A stretch of 64,000 nt of DNA from an uncultured Acidobacteriota bacterium (GCA_963815865.1 CAWFIK010000003.1:159127-223126); one strand, 5' to 3'; positions 1 through 9,680 are shown, counted from the stretch's first letter. Numbers and translations are program-made. Notes: generated by a model from the letters alone, not told the origin.

Positions 1-192
1 GGTGTCGCACCGGCATCCGCCGACGCGGGTCGTCCATCGGGGAGACAGTAACCAGTTCAATCCGCAGCCGGATTCGGGTTCTTCGGCGTCGGCCTCGGCT
101 CCTTCGGTGAGCATCGCGCCGCCTTCGATCGCGCGCGAGCCGGTGGTCATGGCCTCTCCCTCCGGCGACCGGTCCGCGCGGCCGCACTGACG

Positions 193-573
193 TTGGCCTC
201 CGACGTTCCCGCGCCGCGGAACCTCACCCCGGGACGGGTGTGGGTGGCGCGCTTCCTCGCGGTCGCCGCCGACGCGGTTCAGATCGTCGGGTTCCCTCTC
301 TTCGCGGCGGGCGCCGCGTCCCCGTGGAACGATCTTCTCGACTTCGTGGTCGCCGGCGCGATGACTCTCCTCGTCGGATGGCACTGGGCGTTCCTGCCGT
401 CGTTCTTCGCCGAGCTCGTGCCGGGGCTCGACCTCGTCCCGACGTGGACCCTGGCGGTCTTCTTCGCGACACGCTCGAAGACGCCGGCGCCCGCGCCGGG
501 CGCGAAACGCCACGACGCAATCGACACAGAGGTTCTGTCGTCGGAGTCCCTCGGTGCGAGGCCGTCCAAGTAA
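193..573 (+). CDS. small hydrophobic membrane protein (hypothetical)
   Basis: 126-codon ORF with strong third-position G/C bias. Hydrophobic helices include FLAVAADAVQIVGFPLFAAG and VVAGAMTLLVGWHWAFLPSFF. Start is uncertain (TTG 193 or GTG 238). Confidence 0.55.
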   Translation: MASDVPAPRNLTPGRVWVARFLAVAADAVQIVGFPLFAAGAASPWNDLLDFVVAGAMTLLVGWHWAFLPSFFAELVPGLDLVPTWTLAVFFATRSKTPAPAPGAKRHDAIDTEVLSSESLGARPSK

Positions 574-582
574 TCTGTCGCT

Positions 583-720
583 GTCATCCTGAGGAGCGAG
601 AGCGACGAAGGATCTGCCCTGAGGGATGAGCAGATCCTTCGCTTCGCTCAGAGCTTGCCCTGAGCAGGAGTCGACTGTCGAAGCGACGAGAGCAGATCCT
701 TCGCTTCGCTCAGGATGACA
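583..720. repeat. R1 palindromic intergenic repeat (gtcatYctgaggagcgaagcgacgaagRatctgc ... gcagatccttcgcttcgctcaggatgac), compound copy
   Basis: One left arm at 583-617 and two right-arm copies ending at about 653 and 720. The same element recurs at 8542, 16335, 27911, 43832, 55758 and 57884. Confidence 0.9.
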
Positions 721-750
721 GAGAGGGCGCGAAGGGATGACAGAGCCCGG

Positions 751-1455
751 CTACCGCGCCGGGAGCTTCTTCTCGATGTCCTTCAGGCGCTTCTCCATCT
801 GTTCGAGCTTCTCCTGCATCCGGTCGAGGCTCTCGGGGTGGCTCCGGAAGACCCAGGAGCGGCGTCCGAAGTCGCGGCCGATGTCCCTGCCGATGTCGCG
901 TCCTATCTCGCGTCCCATCCGGCCGAAGTCATGGCCGAGGTCTCCCAGATCCATCTCAACGCCGCGGCGCTCCTCGACCTTGACAGTCAGTTGCTTGACC
1001 GCGCGGTCGCGGGAGACCTCGAGCTTCAGCGTCTCGCCCGAGCCCATGCGCCGGACGGCGCGGGTCAGGTCGCGCGTGGACTCGATGCGGTCGCCGCCGG
1101 CGCGGGTGACGATGTCTCCGACCTGGATTCCGGCCTTCGACGCCGGGCTCTCGCTCTCGACTCCGGCGACGAGGACGCCGGCGTCCTTCGGCGCGCCGTA
1201 GTGCGTTCGCAACTCGGGAGTCATCTCGAGGAGGCGGACACCCAGGTATCCATGCCGCCCGTGCCCCGACATCTGCCACACGATCGGCTCGTCGCCGTCG
1301 CCGTCGGAGGAGAAGACGCCATCGTCGGTCACGACGATCGTTTTTTCCCTCGACTCGGACTTCTCCTTCGGCTCGTCGCCGGACGAAATCGCGGCGGCGC
1401 CGGACGCGAGCATGAAGAGGGCCAGCGGCAATGCCTTCAACGCTGTTGAGCTCAT
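751..1455 (-). CDS. periplasmic PDZ-domain protein
   Basis: ATG at 1455 preceded by aaggag. Signal peptide MSSTALKALPLALFMLASGAAA. PDZ-like core GYLGVRLLEM...GVLVAGVESESPASKAGIQVGDIVTRAGGDRI. C-terminus has a GRDIGRDIGRDFGR peptide repeat and a coiled-coil tail. Confidence 0.8.
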   Translation of the reverse strand: MSSTALKALPLALFMLASGAAAISSGDEPKEKSESREKTIVVTDDGVFSSDGDGDEPIVWQMSGHGRHGYLGVRLLEMTPELRTHYGAPKDAGVLVAGVESESPASKAGIQVGDIVTRAGGDRIESTRDLTRAVRRMGSGETLKLEVSRDRAVKQLTVKVEERRGVEMDLGDLGHDFGRMGREIGRDIGRDIGRDFGRRSWVFRSHPESLDRMQEKLEQMEKRLKDIEKKLPAR

Positions 1456-1547
1456 TTCCTGACACTCCTTTCGTGGAGGGAGACGCCGGTGGGGGGGGAA
1501 AGGTTTCACGGCAGGGGTCGGTTTTCAGGTTAGAAGGTTTCAGGTTC

Positions 1548-1640
1548 AAATGCGGGTGTCAGGTATCAGGTGTCCGGTATCAGGGAAGAAAGCTCCGGTC
1601 CCTGACCCCTGATACCTGGCACCTGACACCTGCATTTTCC
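1548..1640. repeat. R2 palindromic repeat (aaatgcRggtgYcaggt... / ...acctgRcacctgcattt)
   Basis: Inverted arms built from tgacacc/ggtgtca units in a divergent intergenic region. A second copy lies at 16174-16295. Confidence 0.85.
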
Positions 1641-1704
1641 CTGACACCTGTTCCCTGACACCGGCCCCTCACTCCACCGTAATACACTGGGCCGAGGTGA
1701 CTTC

Positions 1705-2436
1705 GTGAATGCGATTAATGCGGCGCTGGCCCTCCTTCTGGCCGCGCCACCCGCTTCGCCGCCGCCCGCCGCGTACCTCTACAAGGCGAGCCTCGTTCAA
1801 GCGGCGCCGGGAAGGCTCCTCGAGCTGATCGACCTCCACAAGTCGCTCCGCGCCGCGATCGCCGAAGGGGGCGACGAGACACCATTCTGGATGCGCCACA
1901 GCCAGGGGGACCGGTGGGACCTGATGCTGCTCTGGCCGATTGGAAACTACCCGGACTACTACGCCTCCGAGCGCGTCGCGCGCCGCGAGAAGGCGATGCG
2001 CTCGTCGCAGAGCATCGTCGAGAAGATCCGCGACGCGACCGCCCGTCAGGAGGACGTCTTCGTGACCGGCCCCGCGCTGGTGGAGGTCCGGAGCCGCTTC
2101 GCGGGAGCCGGCTTTTTTCACGTCGAGATGTTCCACGCGCTTTCCAGCAAGCGGGGCGACCTGTTGCGCGAGCGCGAAATGGAAAACGCGTACCTGAAGT
2201 CGCTCGGCCGCTCTCAGAACCTGATCTTCGTCCGCGACCAGGGGGCGGACTGGGACCTCTTCACCGTCGGCTTCTATCGCGACCTGAAGCACTACGCCGA
2301 GAGCGCCGACATCCCCGAGGCGAGGCAGGAGGCGGCGGCGAAGGCGGCCGGGTTCGAGAACGCGAAGCAGATCGGCCCGTACCTGCGCGCGCTCATCGCC
2401 AGCCACCACGACACGCTGGCCGTCGCGATCAAGTAG
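1705..2436 (+). CDS. hypothetical secreted protein
   Basis: 243-codon ORF with GTG start. N-terminal signal-like ALALLLAAPPASPP. Protein-like composition; no family recognised. Confidence 0.65.
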   Translation: MNAINAALALLLAAPPASPPPAAYLYKASLVQAAPGRLLELIDLHKSLRAAIAEGGDETPFWMRHSQGDRWDLMLLWPIGNYPDYYASERVARREKAMRSSQSIVEKIRDATARQEDVFVTGPALVEVRSRFAGAGFFHVEMFHALSSKRGDLLREREMENAYLKSLGRSQNLIFVRDQGADWDLFTVGFYRDLKHYAESADIPEARQEAAAKAAGFENAKQIGPYLRALIASHHDTLAVAIK

Positions 2437-2451
2437 AGAAGGGCTCCGCGC

Positions 2452-3528
2452 GTGGAAGTCGCCGCGGTCTACGCGGGCCTGCTCGCCGGCCTGGCCGGGA
2501 TCGTCTCCCTCGCAAAGCCTCTCCGGTTCCTCGGTATCCGGACGCGGCGCGCGGCCGCGGGCGTTCTCGCGCTCGGGCTCGCTCTGGCCGCGGCGGGGGA
2601 GCTGTGGCCGGCGTCACCCGTGAAACTGGGAGGGGATCGCTCCCGGCTGGACGACTTCGTGCCCGCCTGCCAGTTCCGCGAGTTCCACGAGACGCGCGTC
2701 CATGCCTCGCCGCGGGCTCTCTTCCGGGCGGTCAAGGCGGTCACCGCCGACGAGATCCGGTTCTTTCGCCTGCTGACCTGGATCCGATCGCCGCGGTTCT
2801 TCGAGACGAGGGGCCGGAACATCCTGTCCCCGCCGGCGGATCGGCCGCTGCTCGAGGTCGCGCTTCACACGGGATTCGTGTTGCTGGCGGAGGAGCCGGA
2901 CCGGGAAATCGTCTTCGGGACGGTCTTCGGCAACCGGTCGTCGCTCCTGGGCGAGGAGGCGCCGCGGGAATTCGCACGCCTCGACCGAGAGGGAACCTGC
3001 AAGGTCGCGATGAATTTCCGGCTGCGGGAGGAGCCGGGCGGCTGGATCCGCCTTTCGACGGAGACGCGCGTTTTCGCGAACGGAGCGTCCGCCCGGAGGG
3101 CGTTCGCCCGCTACTGGCGGTTAATCTACCCGGGGAGCGCCGTGATCCGCCGCATGTGGCTCGCGGCGATCCGCCGGCGGGCCGAGAACGCCCGCGGAGC
3201 CTGCGCCGCGGAGCTGGAAGCGCTGACCCATCCGGTGAACAAGGCTCTCGACCTCTTCGAATCGGGCGGCGGCTCGGCGGCGAAGGAACCTCTCGCGGCG
3301 CAGCAGGTCCTGTCGGAGGCGAAGCTCGCCCGCGAAAAACTGGAAGCGACCTCCGCCGAGCCTCCCTGTCTGCGAGCCAGGCAGGAGGAGCTGGTTTTCC
3401 TGAACCATCTCATCCTCGGGTTCCAGGCCTACGTCGGGAGCGGAAGGGATTCGAGCTCGCGCGGCGCGCTCGAATCCATCATCCGCCGCGCCCGGGTCCA
3501 CCAGGAGCGAGGCCGCACGGGAACCTAG
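2452..3528 (+). CDS. hypothetical membrane-anchored protein
   Basis: 358-codon ORF, GTG start 16 nt after the previous stop. Two N-terminal hydrophobic helices, then a soluble domain. No family recognised. Confidence 0.6.
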   Translation: MEVAAVYAGLLAGLAGIVSLAKPLRFLGIRTRRAAAGVLALGLALAAAGELWPASPVKLGGDRSRLDDFVPACQFREFHETRVHASPRALFRAVKAVTADEIRFFRLLTWIRSPRFFETRGRNILSPPADRPLLEVALHTGFVLLAEEPDREIVFGTVFGNRSSLLGEEAPREFARLDREGTCKVAMNFRLREEPGGWIRLSTETRVFANGASARRAFARYWRLIYPGSAVIRRMWLAAIRRRAENARGACAAELEALTHPVNKALDLFESGGGSAAKEPLAAQQVLSEAKLAREKLEATSAEPPCLRARQEELVFLNHLILGFQAYVGSGRDSSSRGALESIIRRARVHQERGRTGT

Positions 3529-3932
3529 CGCCCGGAACTGAGCGCTTGGATGCCCGACTGAGACCCTCTTCGCTCCTCGGCAATGACAGAAACCGTGGGA
3601 TGCGTCCCGACTCCCGGGAGCCGGGACGCGTCTCGCGAGGTTACGCCGGGATCGGGCCGATGACGTCGCGCAGAGGAAATTGCGACAGAGTCGTTCTCAT
3701 GTTGGCCTCCTTTGATCGCCCGCTGGGGCGTTTCGTCGGAGGCGGGTGTGAGCGCGCTCTGACCGCCTTCCCGTCTATGAAGTGCCCGGAAGGCGGAGTT
3801 TTTGGCGGCGGGAGAGAAAATTATTTCGCGGCGGCCCTGCCGCTATTCACGACATGACCCCGGCGAGGTACGGCCACGGTCGGGAGAAGGAAGTCGCCTC
3901 GGAAGAGTGTGACGGACTCGCCGATACGGCAT

Positions 3933-3970
3933 GTCCTGCAGGGCGGGAGGCGCAAGCGCCTCCCCTACAG
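3933..3970. repeat. R3 GC-rich hairpin repeat (gggaggcgcaagcgcctcccctacag type)
   Basis: Perfect 9-bp stem gggaggcgc/gcgcctccc just downstream of the anti-sigma gene. Related copies at 20036, 28838, 28893, 30642 and 30693. Confidence 0.85.
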
Positions 3971-3985
3971 GACGGGGCTCGTCTC

Positions 3986-5401
3986 TTAGGCGGAGGTTCC
4001 CTGGAAACGCTGGCGAAGGAGCTGGCCGGCGGATTCCCGAAGCTGGGCGACCTCTTCGAGGTCCGGCTGTTTGCCCGAGAGCGCCGTCGCGAGCTGCCGG
4101 AGAATCGCCGGATCGAGGGCGTCGTGCCGCGCGACCTCGGCCCGGAAGATCTCGAAGCGCTGGGCGGCGCGGTCGAGATTGCCGTCGAGCGCCCAGCTCT
4201 CGACCTCGTAGAGATCGGCCGTCAAGGCATTGCCGATGTTGCCCGTTTCGCGGAAGTGCTGCGCGGCCTGGAGGAACGCGAGCGCCGCGCCGCGATAGTT
4301 GTGCGCCCGCAACAGAACGAGCGCGAGACCGTTGCGGATGTAGCCGACCCAGGCCGCGTGTCGCTCGCGCGACACGGATTTCAAGGCGCGCGCGTACTCG
4401 CGGCGCGCCTCGTCGAGGCGCCCCATCGCCGACAGGGTGGCGGCGATGGAGCTCAAGGCACCCATGTAGTTGCTCCAGAGCTCGCGCTCGTGGAAGACAG
4501 GCAGCGCGCTCCGGTAGGCGTCGAGCGCCTCGTTCTCCCTCCCCAGCTTCAACAGGCAGGTGCCCTCGGCGACCCGCGCGCGGGCGACGTAGTCCTCGAG
4601 CTCCAGGTCCTCGAACGTCGTGCGGACCCGGCCGGCGAGCGCGAGGCCGGTGACGGGATCGCCGGCGAACGCGCGGCGTTGCGATTCGCCGAGCTCCACG
4701 ATCGCGAGACTCAGGTCGTCTCCCGTGGATAGTCCGAAGAGCCGGTAGGACTCCTCGAAGTGCCGCCGGGCGTCCTCGAGCTCGCCCGTCCAGTTGCGCG
4801 CCTGTCCCGCGAGCAGGTGGGCCTGCGCCGCGAGCGCCTTAAGAGGGAGGATCCGCTCGAGGGCCGGCGCGGAATTACTTTCCGTTTCGGCGGTGATGCG
4901 GTCGAGCGCGGCGAGCGCGAATCCGAGCGCTCGCACGGGGCTCTCCGCGATCACGAGACCGGTTTCCTGCATCGCATAGAGAAGCGCGAATCGGAACGTC
5001 AGGTTGGAGAGAGGGGAGGCGGAGAGGACCGCCGCCGCCAGCTCCCGAGGCGAGCTCCTGGCGGTCTGGAGGATGCGGCCGCTCTCTGTGCGGGCCCGCT
5101 CCGAGGCATCGAGCGCGACCATCGCGAGGCTCTCGCCGTCCCGGGCGAAGGCCTCGGCCCCCGGCCGCCGCGGCGCCTCCGGCCTTTGCGCGAAGGGATC
5201 GCCGGGAGGGAAGGCGTCGTCCACGCCGGCGTCCCAGGTCACCTCCCGGAGCTGCTCGTCGAGCTTTTTCATCGCGTCGAGCGCCGTGGCGCAGCGCCCG
5301 CAGGCGTGGAGGTGTTCCTCCGCGGCCTCGCGCTCCTGGTTGTCGAGGTCCTCCACTGCGTACCGCAGGAGGGTGAACTCGTCGAGATGAACGGAAATCA
5401 T
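3986..5401 (-). CDS. anti-sigma factor, zf-HC2 N-terminus with C-terminal TPR domain
   Basis: ATG 5401 overlaps the sigma-factor stop (ATGA). MISVHLDEFTLLRY...EEHLHACGRCATAL matches the H-x3-C-x2-C zinc-finger anti-sigma motif. The C-terminal two thirds are TPR-like helical repeats. Confidence 0.8.
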   Translation of the reverse strand: MISVHLDEFTLLRYAVEDLDNQEREAAEEHLHACGRCATALDAMKKLDEQLREVTWDAGVDDAFPPGDPFAQRPEAPRRPGAEAFARDGESLAMVALDASERARTESGRILQTARSSPRELAAAVLSASPLSNLTFRFALLYAMQETGLVIAESPVRALGFALAALDRITAETESNSAPALERILPLKALAAQAHLLAGQARNWTGELEDARRHFEESYRLFGLSTGDDLSLAIVELGESQRRAFAGDPVTGLALAGRVRTTFEDLELEDYVARARVAEGTCLLKLGRENEALDAYRSALPVFHERELWSNYMGALSSIAATLSAMGRLDEARREYARALKSVSRERHAAWVGYIRNGLALVLLRAHNYRGAALAFLQAAQHFRETGNIGNALTADLYEVESWALDGNLDRAAQRFEIFRAEVARHDALDPAILRQLATALSGKQPDLEEVAQLRESAGQLLRQRFQGTSA

Positions 5402-5910
5402 GAGTCCAGACACGCCCGAAGCCTCCTCAGGCAGCCGCTGATCGTGCTCCAGACGCCGGAATACGGAAGCGGAATCGCCTGCGCCGTCTCCTGGAGGCTG
5501 CGTCCCTCGACGTAGTACGTCAGGAGGATCTTGCGGCAGGAGGAAGAGATCGTTCGCAGCATCGACCGGAGCTCGACCCGCCGCCGCGTCGTCTCCACGC
5601 CCGTTGTGTCGCAGAGCGTTTCCGGCGTGACGGGCGCGCTGTCGAAGACCCGACGACGCGCCCGTCGCGTCTCGAGGAAGCGGCAACATTGCACATGGAA
5701 GATCCGGAAGGTGAATCCCTTCGGGCTCCGCACGACCGACCGGTGCCGCAGCAGTTCCAACGCCGTTTCCTGAAGCAGATCCTCCGCGTCCGCGGGCTCG
5801 ATTCCGAACCGGGAACGGGCGTACGCGAGGAGCCGCGCCCGCTGCTCGCCGTCGAGCAGTACGGCTTTGGCGATCTCGCGCGAATCCGGCGAGGAGATTT
5901 CCGATTCCAT
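5398..5910 (-). CDS. ECF-type RNA polymerase sigma-70 factor
   Basis: 170 aa. Region 2-like DAEDLLQETALELLR and region 4-like LLTYYVEGRSLQETAQAI. Translationally coupled to the downstream anti-sigma gene. Confidence 0.85.
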   Translation of the reverse strand: MESEISSPDSREIAKAVLLDGEQRARLLAYARSRFGIEPADAEDLLQETALELLRHRSVVRSPKGFTFRIFHVQCCRFLETRRARRRVFDSAPVTPETLCDTTGVETTRRRVELRSMLRTISSSCRKILLTYYVEGRSLQETAQAIPLPYSGVWSTISGCLRRLRACLDS

Positions 5911-5978
5911 GCGGTCCCTGATTCTCGGTCGCTATCCTAAACCGAAATCTCGGCGCGAGGGCGCATGTCATCCGCGGC

Positions 5979-7127
5979 TCAGCGCGCGATGAAGATATTT
6001 ACGGTGTGGTCCTCGGCGCTGGCTGTGACCGCGTCGGCCCGGCCGTTTCGATCGAAGTCGGCTAACAGGAAGCGCCAGCTCCTTCCTGCTCCCGAAACCG
6101 TCACGGTGCGAGAGGGGGAGAGGCCGCCGGGGCCGCCAAACGCGACAGTCAGGTCGCCGCTTCCTGCGTTGACGAGGACCGCGTCGGCGATCCCGTCGCC
6201 GTCCACGTCGGCCGCTTCCACGTTACCGGGTGCGTGCCCGGACACGATTCCCGGACCGAGGCGAAAGTTTCCGCGGCCGTCTCCGAGGAGAAAGGTCAGC
6301 GCGTCGCCACTCCGGTCCGAAATCTGACCGGAGTAGTTTCCGACAACGATGTCCGGTTTTCCGTCGCCGTTGATGTCGGCCACGGCCACGGTGAAAGGGG
6401 AGGGGCCGGCGGCGATCGGCGGGCGCTCCGAGCCGCGGAATCTTCCGCGGCCGTCGCCGAAGAGGACCGTGACTCCGCGCTCAACCATGTTGGGAACGAC
6501 GATGTCGGGCTTTTCGTCACCGTCGAGATCGGCCACGCGGAGATTCCGGTAGGGCTTTCGCCCCGCCTCGATCGGAACGCCGGGGAGCGCGAAGCCGCCC
6601 TTTCCGTCGCCGGCGAGGAGCGTCAGCCTGTTCTCCCCCCAGCTGTCGATGACGAGGTCGAGAAGGCCGTCGCCGTTGACATCGGCCGCGCCGATCGTGT
6701 GCGGATGGGGACGGCTCCTCACGGAGAACGGAGATCCGGGAGCCGGCCGGAACCCCCCGTTCCCGTCTCCGAGCAGGAGCGTCACGCTCGGAACTCCGTG
6801 GTTCGCGATCGCCAGGTCGAGACGTCCGTCCCGATTGAAGTCGGCGGCCGCGATCTCCGTCGGAGACGGTCCCGCCGGAAAAGACCCGCCCCGCCGGAAT
6901 CCGCCGCGCCCATCCCCGAGAAAGACGACCGCATCGTTGGCGCCATCGCTCGCCACGACCAGGTCGAGCTTCCCGTCGCGGTTGAAGTCGCCGGCCGCGA
7001 GCGCTTCCGGTTTGCGGCTCTCTCCCATGGGAATGACCCGCGGCTCCCGGAAGGGGCTCGACCGGTTGGGCCCCGAGGCGGCCGCGCCCAGGAGCAGCAG
7101 CCCGAGCCCTCGCGCGATTCTTCTCAT
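5979..7127 (-). CDS. FG-GAP/VCBS repeat protein (7-bladed propeller-like), secreted
   Basis: Signal peptide followed by seven repeats of the D-x-N/D-x-D-G-x-x-D-hhh type (DFNRDGKLDLVV, DFNRDGRLDLAI, DVNGDGLLDLVI, DLDGDEKPDIVV, DINGDGKPDIVV, DVDGDGIADAVL, DFDRNGRADAVT). Confidence 0.85.
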   Translation of the reverse strand: MRRIARGLGLLLLGAAASGPNRSSPFREPRVIPMGESRKPEALAAGDFNRDGKLDLVVASDGANDAVVFLGDGRGGFRRGGSFPAGPSPTEIAAADFNRDGRLDLAIANHGVPSVTLLLGDGNGGFRPAPGSPFSVRSRPHPHTIGAADVNGDGLLDLVIDSWGENRLTLLAGDGKGGFALPGVPIEAGRKPYRNLRVADLDGDEKPDIVVPNMVERGVTVLFGDGRGRFRGSERPPIAAGPSPFTVAVADINGDGKPDIVVGNYSGQISDRSGDALTFLLGDGRGNFRLGPGIVSGHAPGNVEAADVDGDGIADAVLVNAGSGDLTVAFGGPGGLSPSRTVTVSGAGRSWRFLLADFDRNGRADAVTASAEDHTVNIFIAR

Positions 7128-7189
7128 GTCTGCAAGGACGTCTGCGTTCGTCGAGTCTTATCCCGCCTGTGCCCTGTTACCATTAAGGA

Positions 7190-8521
7190 ATGACTATTTT
7201 CTCACTCAGACCCGCGGTGCTCGCGCTGGCCGCAGCCTCGGCGTTCCTGGGCGCGCGCTCAGCGGAGCCGCCTCCGGCCGTCCCGTTCATCGCGGACGAC
7301 TACCCGGGAGCGCTGGCGCAGGCCCGAGCGAAGAAGCTGCCGATCTTCGTCGAGGCCTGGGCGCCCTGGTGACACACGTGCCGATCGATGAGGGCCTATG
7401 TCTTCACGGACAAGGCGCTCGCGCGGCACGCCGGACAGTTCGTCTGGCTCTCGATTGACACGGAAAAGCGGGGCAACGCTTCGTTCCTGACGAAATTCCC
7501 CGTCGAGGCGTGGCCTTCCTTCTACATTCTCGACTCGAGCAGCGAGAAGGTCGCGCTGCGATGGGTCGGCGGCGCGTCGGTCGGACAGATCCTGAAGATC
7601 CTGGACGACGGCCGCCAGTCCGTACGGGGGCGCGAGAAGGGAGTCGAGGAGATCCTCGCCCGCGCCGACCGTTCCTACGGCGAGGGGAAGAACGCCGACG
7701 CGGTCCGGGATTATCGCGAGGCCCTGTCCAGGGCGCCAAAGGAGTGGCCGCGCTACGGCCGCGCGGTCGAGTCGCTCCTCTTCGCGCTCCAGCGGGTCAA
7801 GGACCAGAAAGGGTGCGCCGACACGGCCCGCGAAGCGTTCGCGAGACTGCGCAGCACCTCCTCGGCCGCCAACGTCGCGGCGACCGGGCTCGACTGCGCG
7901 CTCGCCCTGAAGCCCGACGACCCCTCGCGCGCGGAGCTCGTCAGGGCGTTCGTGGGCCATTGCCGGGAAGTCCTCGCGGAACGACGGCCGGACATCGCGG
8001 CGGACGACATCTCCTCCGTCTACGAAACTCTCGCGTCCGAGCGGGAGGAGGCGAAGGATGTGGAGGGGATGCGGAAGGTGCTTACGGAGCGCGCCGCCTT
8101 TCTCGAAGGGGAAGCGGCGCACGCGAAGACCCCCGAGGCGCGGGCGGTCTTCGACTCGCACCGGCTCGGGACGTACATCGCGCTCGGGGAGCCCGAGCGC
8201 GCCATCCCGATGCTCGAAGCCTCCGAGCGGGATCTTCCCGACGACTACAACCCGCCGGCGCGCCTGGCCGCCGCGTACAAGGCCATGAAGAAATACGACG
8301 ACGCCCTGGCCGCCTCCGACCGCGCGCTGTCGAAGGCGTACGGCCCCCGGAAGGTCGGCATCCTCCAGTCGCGCGCCGACATCTACGCCGCGAAGGGCGA
8401 CTCCGCCAACGCCCGCAAGACCATGGAGGAGACTCTCCGCTACGCCGAAGACCTCCCGCCGGGCCAGCGCTCGGATAAGACGATCGCGTCGCTCAAGAAA
8501 AAGCTCGAAGCAATGCCGTAG
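7190..8521 (+). CDS. periplasmic thioredoxin-fold protein with C-terminal TPR domain; in-frame TGA at 7370-7372 (candidate selenocysteine, U-x-x-C)
   Basis: ORFs 7190-7372 and 7388-8521 share one frame. Read-through gives PIFVEAWAPW-[TGA]-HTCRSM, the W-C-x-x-C redox motif with TGA at the first Cys. The upstream part has a signal peptide; the downstream part has no independent start context. Confidence 0.65.
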
Positions 8522-8541
8522 CGCGCGGTTCGCTCACCGTT

Positions 8542-8620
8542 GTCATTCTGAGGAGCGAAGCGACGAAGAATCTGCTCCACATCAGGAGCGAGCAGATCCT
8601 TCGCTGCGCTCAGGATGACA
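8542..8620. repeat. R1 palindromic repeat, complete copy
   Basis: gtcattctgaggagcgaagcgacgaagaatctgctcc ... gagcagatccttcgctgcgctcaggatgac. The arms are reverse complements of each other. Confidence 0.9.
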
Positions 8621-8642
8621 CGTGAGGAACATGCTTCACGAC

Positions 8643-9032
8643 TCAATTTCTCGGCTCGTCCTCACCGTGGTTGAGGGTCGCGAGCCAGCGCTCGAACGCT
8701 TCCTTGTCTTCCCCTTTCAGGCGGCGCAACACTCCCTCGGAGTGGGACGACGGCACCTTCGGATCGTCGAAGGGAAGCCGCCCGTACATCTTTCCGCCCG
8801 GCTCGTGGCAGGGAGCGCAGTGCGCCCTGAGCACCGGGCGGACGATGCTGACGAAGAGATCGGGGGCCTCGGTCGGAGCGGGCGGGGGCAACGGGGAGGG
8901 AACCGCCGTCGGCGCCGCGGGGACGGCAGTCGGCACGGGCGGAGTGGCCCTGGACCGCGACTCGGCGCAGTCCCGCGTCTGGAAGAGCGCCGCCAGCGGC
9001 AGGGCCAGGAGGGCGATCGGGAGCCGCGTCAT
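8643..9032 (-). CDS. small secreted c-type haem-binding protein (CxxCH)
   Basis: Signal peptide MTRLPIALLALPLAALF, a Pro/Thr/Ala-rich linker, then VLRAHCAPCHEPGGK carrying a CxxCH motif. Confidence 0.7.
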   Translation of the reverse strand: MTRLPIALLALPLAALFQTRDCAESRSRATPPVPTAVPAAPTAVPSPLPPPAPTEAPDLFVSIVRPVLRAHCAPCHEPGGKMYGRLPFDDPKVPSSHSEGVLRRLKGEDKEAFERWLATLNHGEDEPRN

Positions 9033-9118
9033 CTCTTAGTCATACGGATCGGCGGAGCCGAGTTTCACCTCCGTCCGAGAATGGAACGGCGGGGCGGCGA
9101 ACCGCCCCGCCCTCCCGT

Positions 9119-9293
9119 CTACTTGACTCCGAGCAGCTCGACTTCGAACAGGAGCGTCGCGTTTGGCGGAATGACCCCTCCGGCCCCGCGCGCGCCGTAG
9201 CCGAGCGACGGAGGAATGAGCAGGTTGCGCTTCCCGCCGACCTTCATCGTCGCGACCCCTTCGTCCCACCCCTTGATGACGATCTCCGATCCA
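9119..9293 (-). pseudogene. displaced 3' fragment of an FKBP-type peptidyl-prolyl isomerase gene
   Basis: Translates to [57 protein letters not shown], with no N-terminal half. Homologous to the 3' end of the full copy at 11708-12177, including the downstream ggggcggcgaaccgcccc hairpin. Confidence 0.8.
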
Positions 9294-9680
9294 TATGCTT
9301 GGTATCATTCAGGCTGCGTCTAGACACAACGGAGGATCTGCCGATGGCACCGTCGTCAGCCTGTCGTTCTGCTTCTCTCTCTGTCTTTCACGTCTTCGCC
9401 TTCGCGAAGGCAGCCGCTAGGCGGGCGCTGAGAAAGAGGCGGAAGCGGAACAGATTAACCGGATCAACGAAGGCATGAAAGGCACGCAAGCGCTAGACAG
9501 CACCTGTCATCGGAAAATTCACGGCTTGCTGGATCAACTGGAAGCGCGGCTCAACCGCGAAGTGCGTGACCTAGGTGCAACTTCTGTCGGAAAAGCAGGA
9601 TGAGCTCAGCGAGCTCATCCGTAGCGGGTCATGGTCCTCGAGACGAGCGTACATATCCTGGGCACGATCGAGCGTCCTTC

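Noticed and set aside
1-150. Possible 5' end of a minus-strand gene running off the left edge (ggaggga SD followed by ATG at 150; MTTGSRAIEGGAMLTEGAEADAEEPESGCGLNWLL...). The listed + ORF 2-190 covers the same DNA.
   Set aside because: Only 50 codons are visible, codon usage deteriorates after ~30 codons, and there is no recognisable motif. The + ORF 2-190 is low-complexity. Neither can be supported.
3641-3700. A 19-codon minus-strand mini-ORF (MRTTLSQFPLRDVIGPIPA) with a perfect ggagg SD, downstream of the anti-sigma gene. Considered as a leader or RiPP-like peptide.
   Set aside because: It is too short to evaluate, has no adjacent modifying enzymes, and the SD-like sequence may be fortuitous in G-rich DNA.
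7370-7372. Alternative reading: the TGA is a genuine stop, giving a 60-aa peptide plus a separate 377-aa protein.
   Set aside because: Not fully excluded. It is disfavoured because the split falls inside the W-C-x-x-C motif, the downstream ORF's first Met is only 5 codons later with no SD, and only the upstream piece has the signal peptide.
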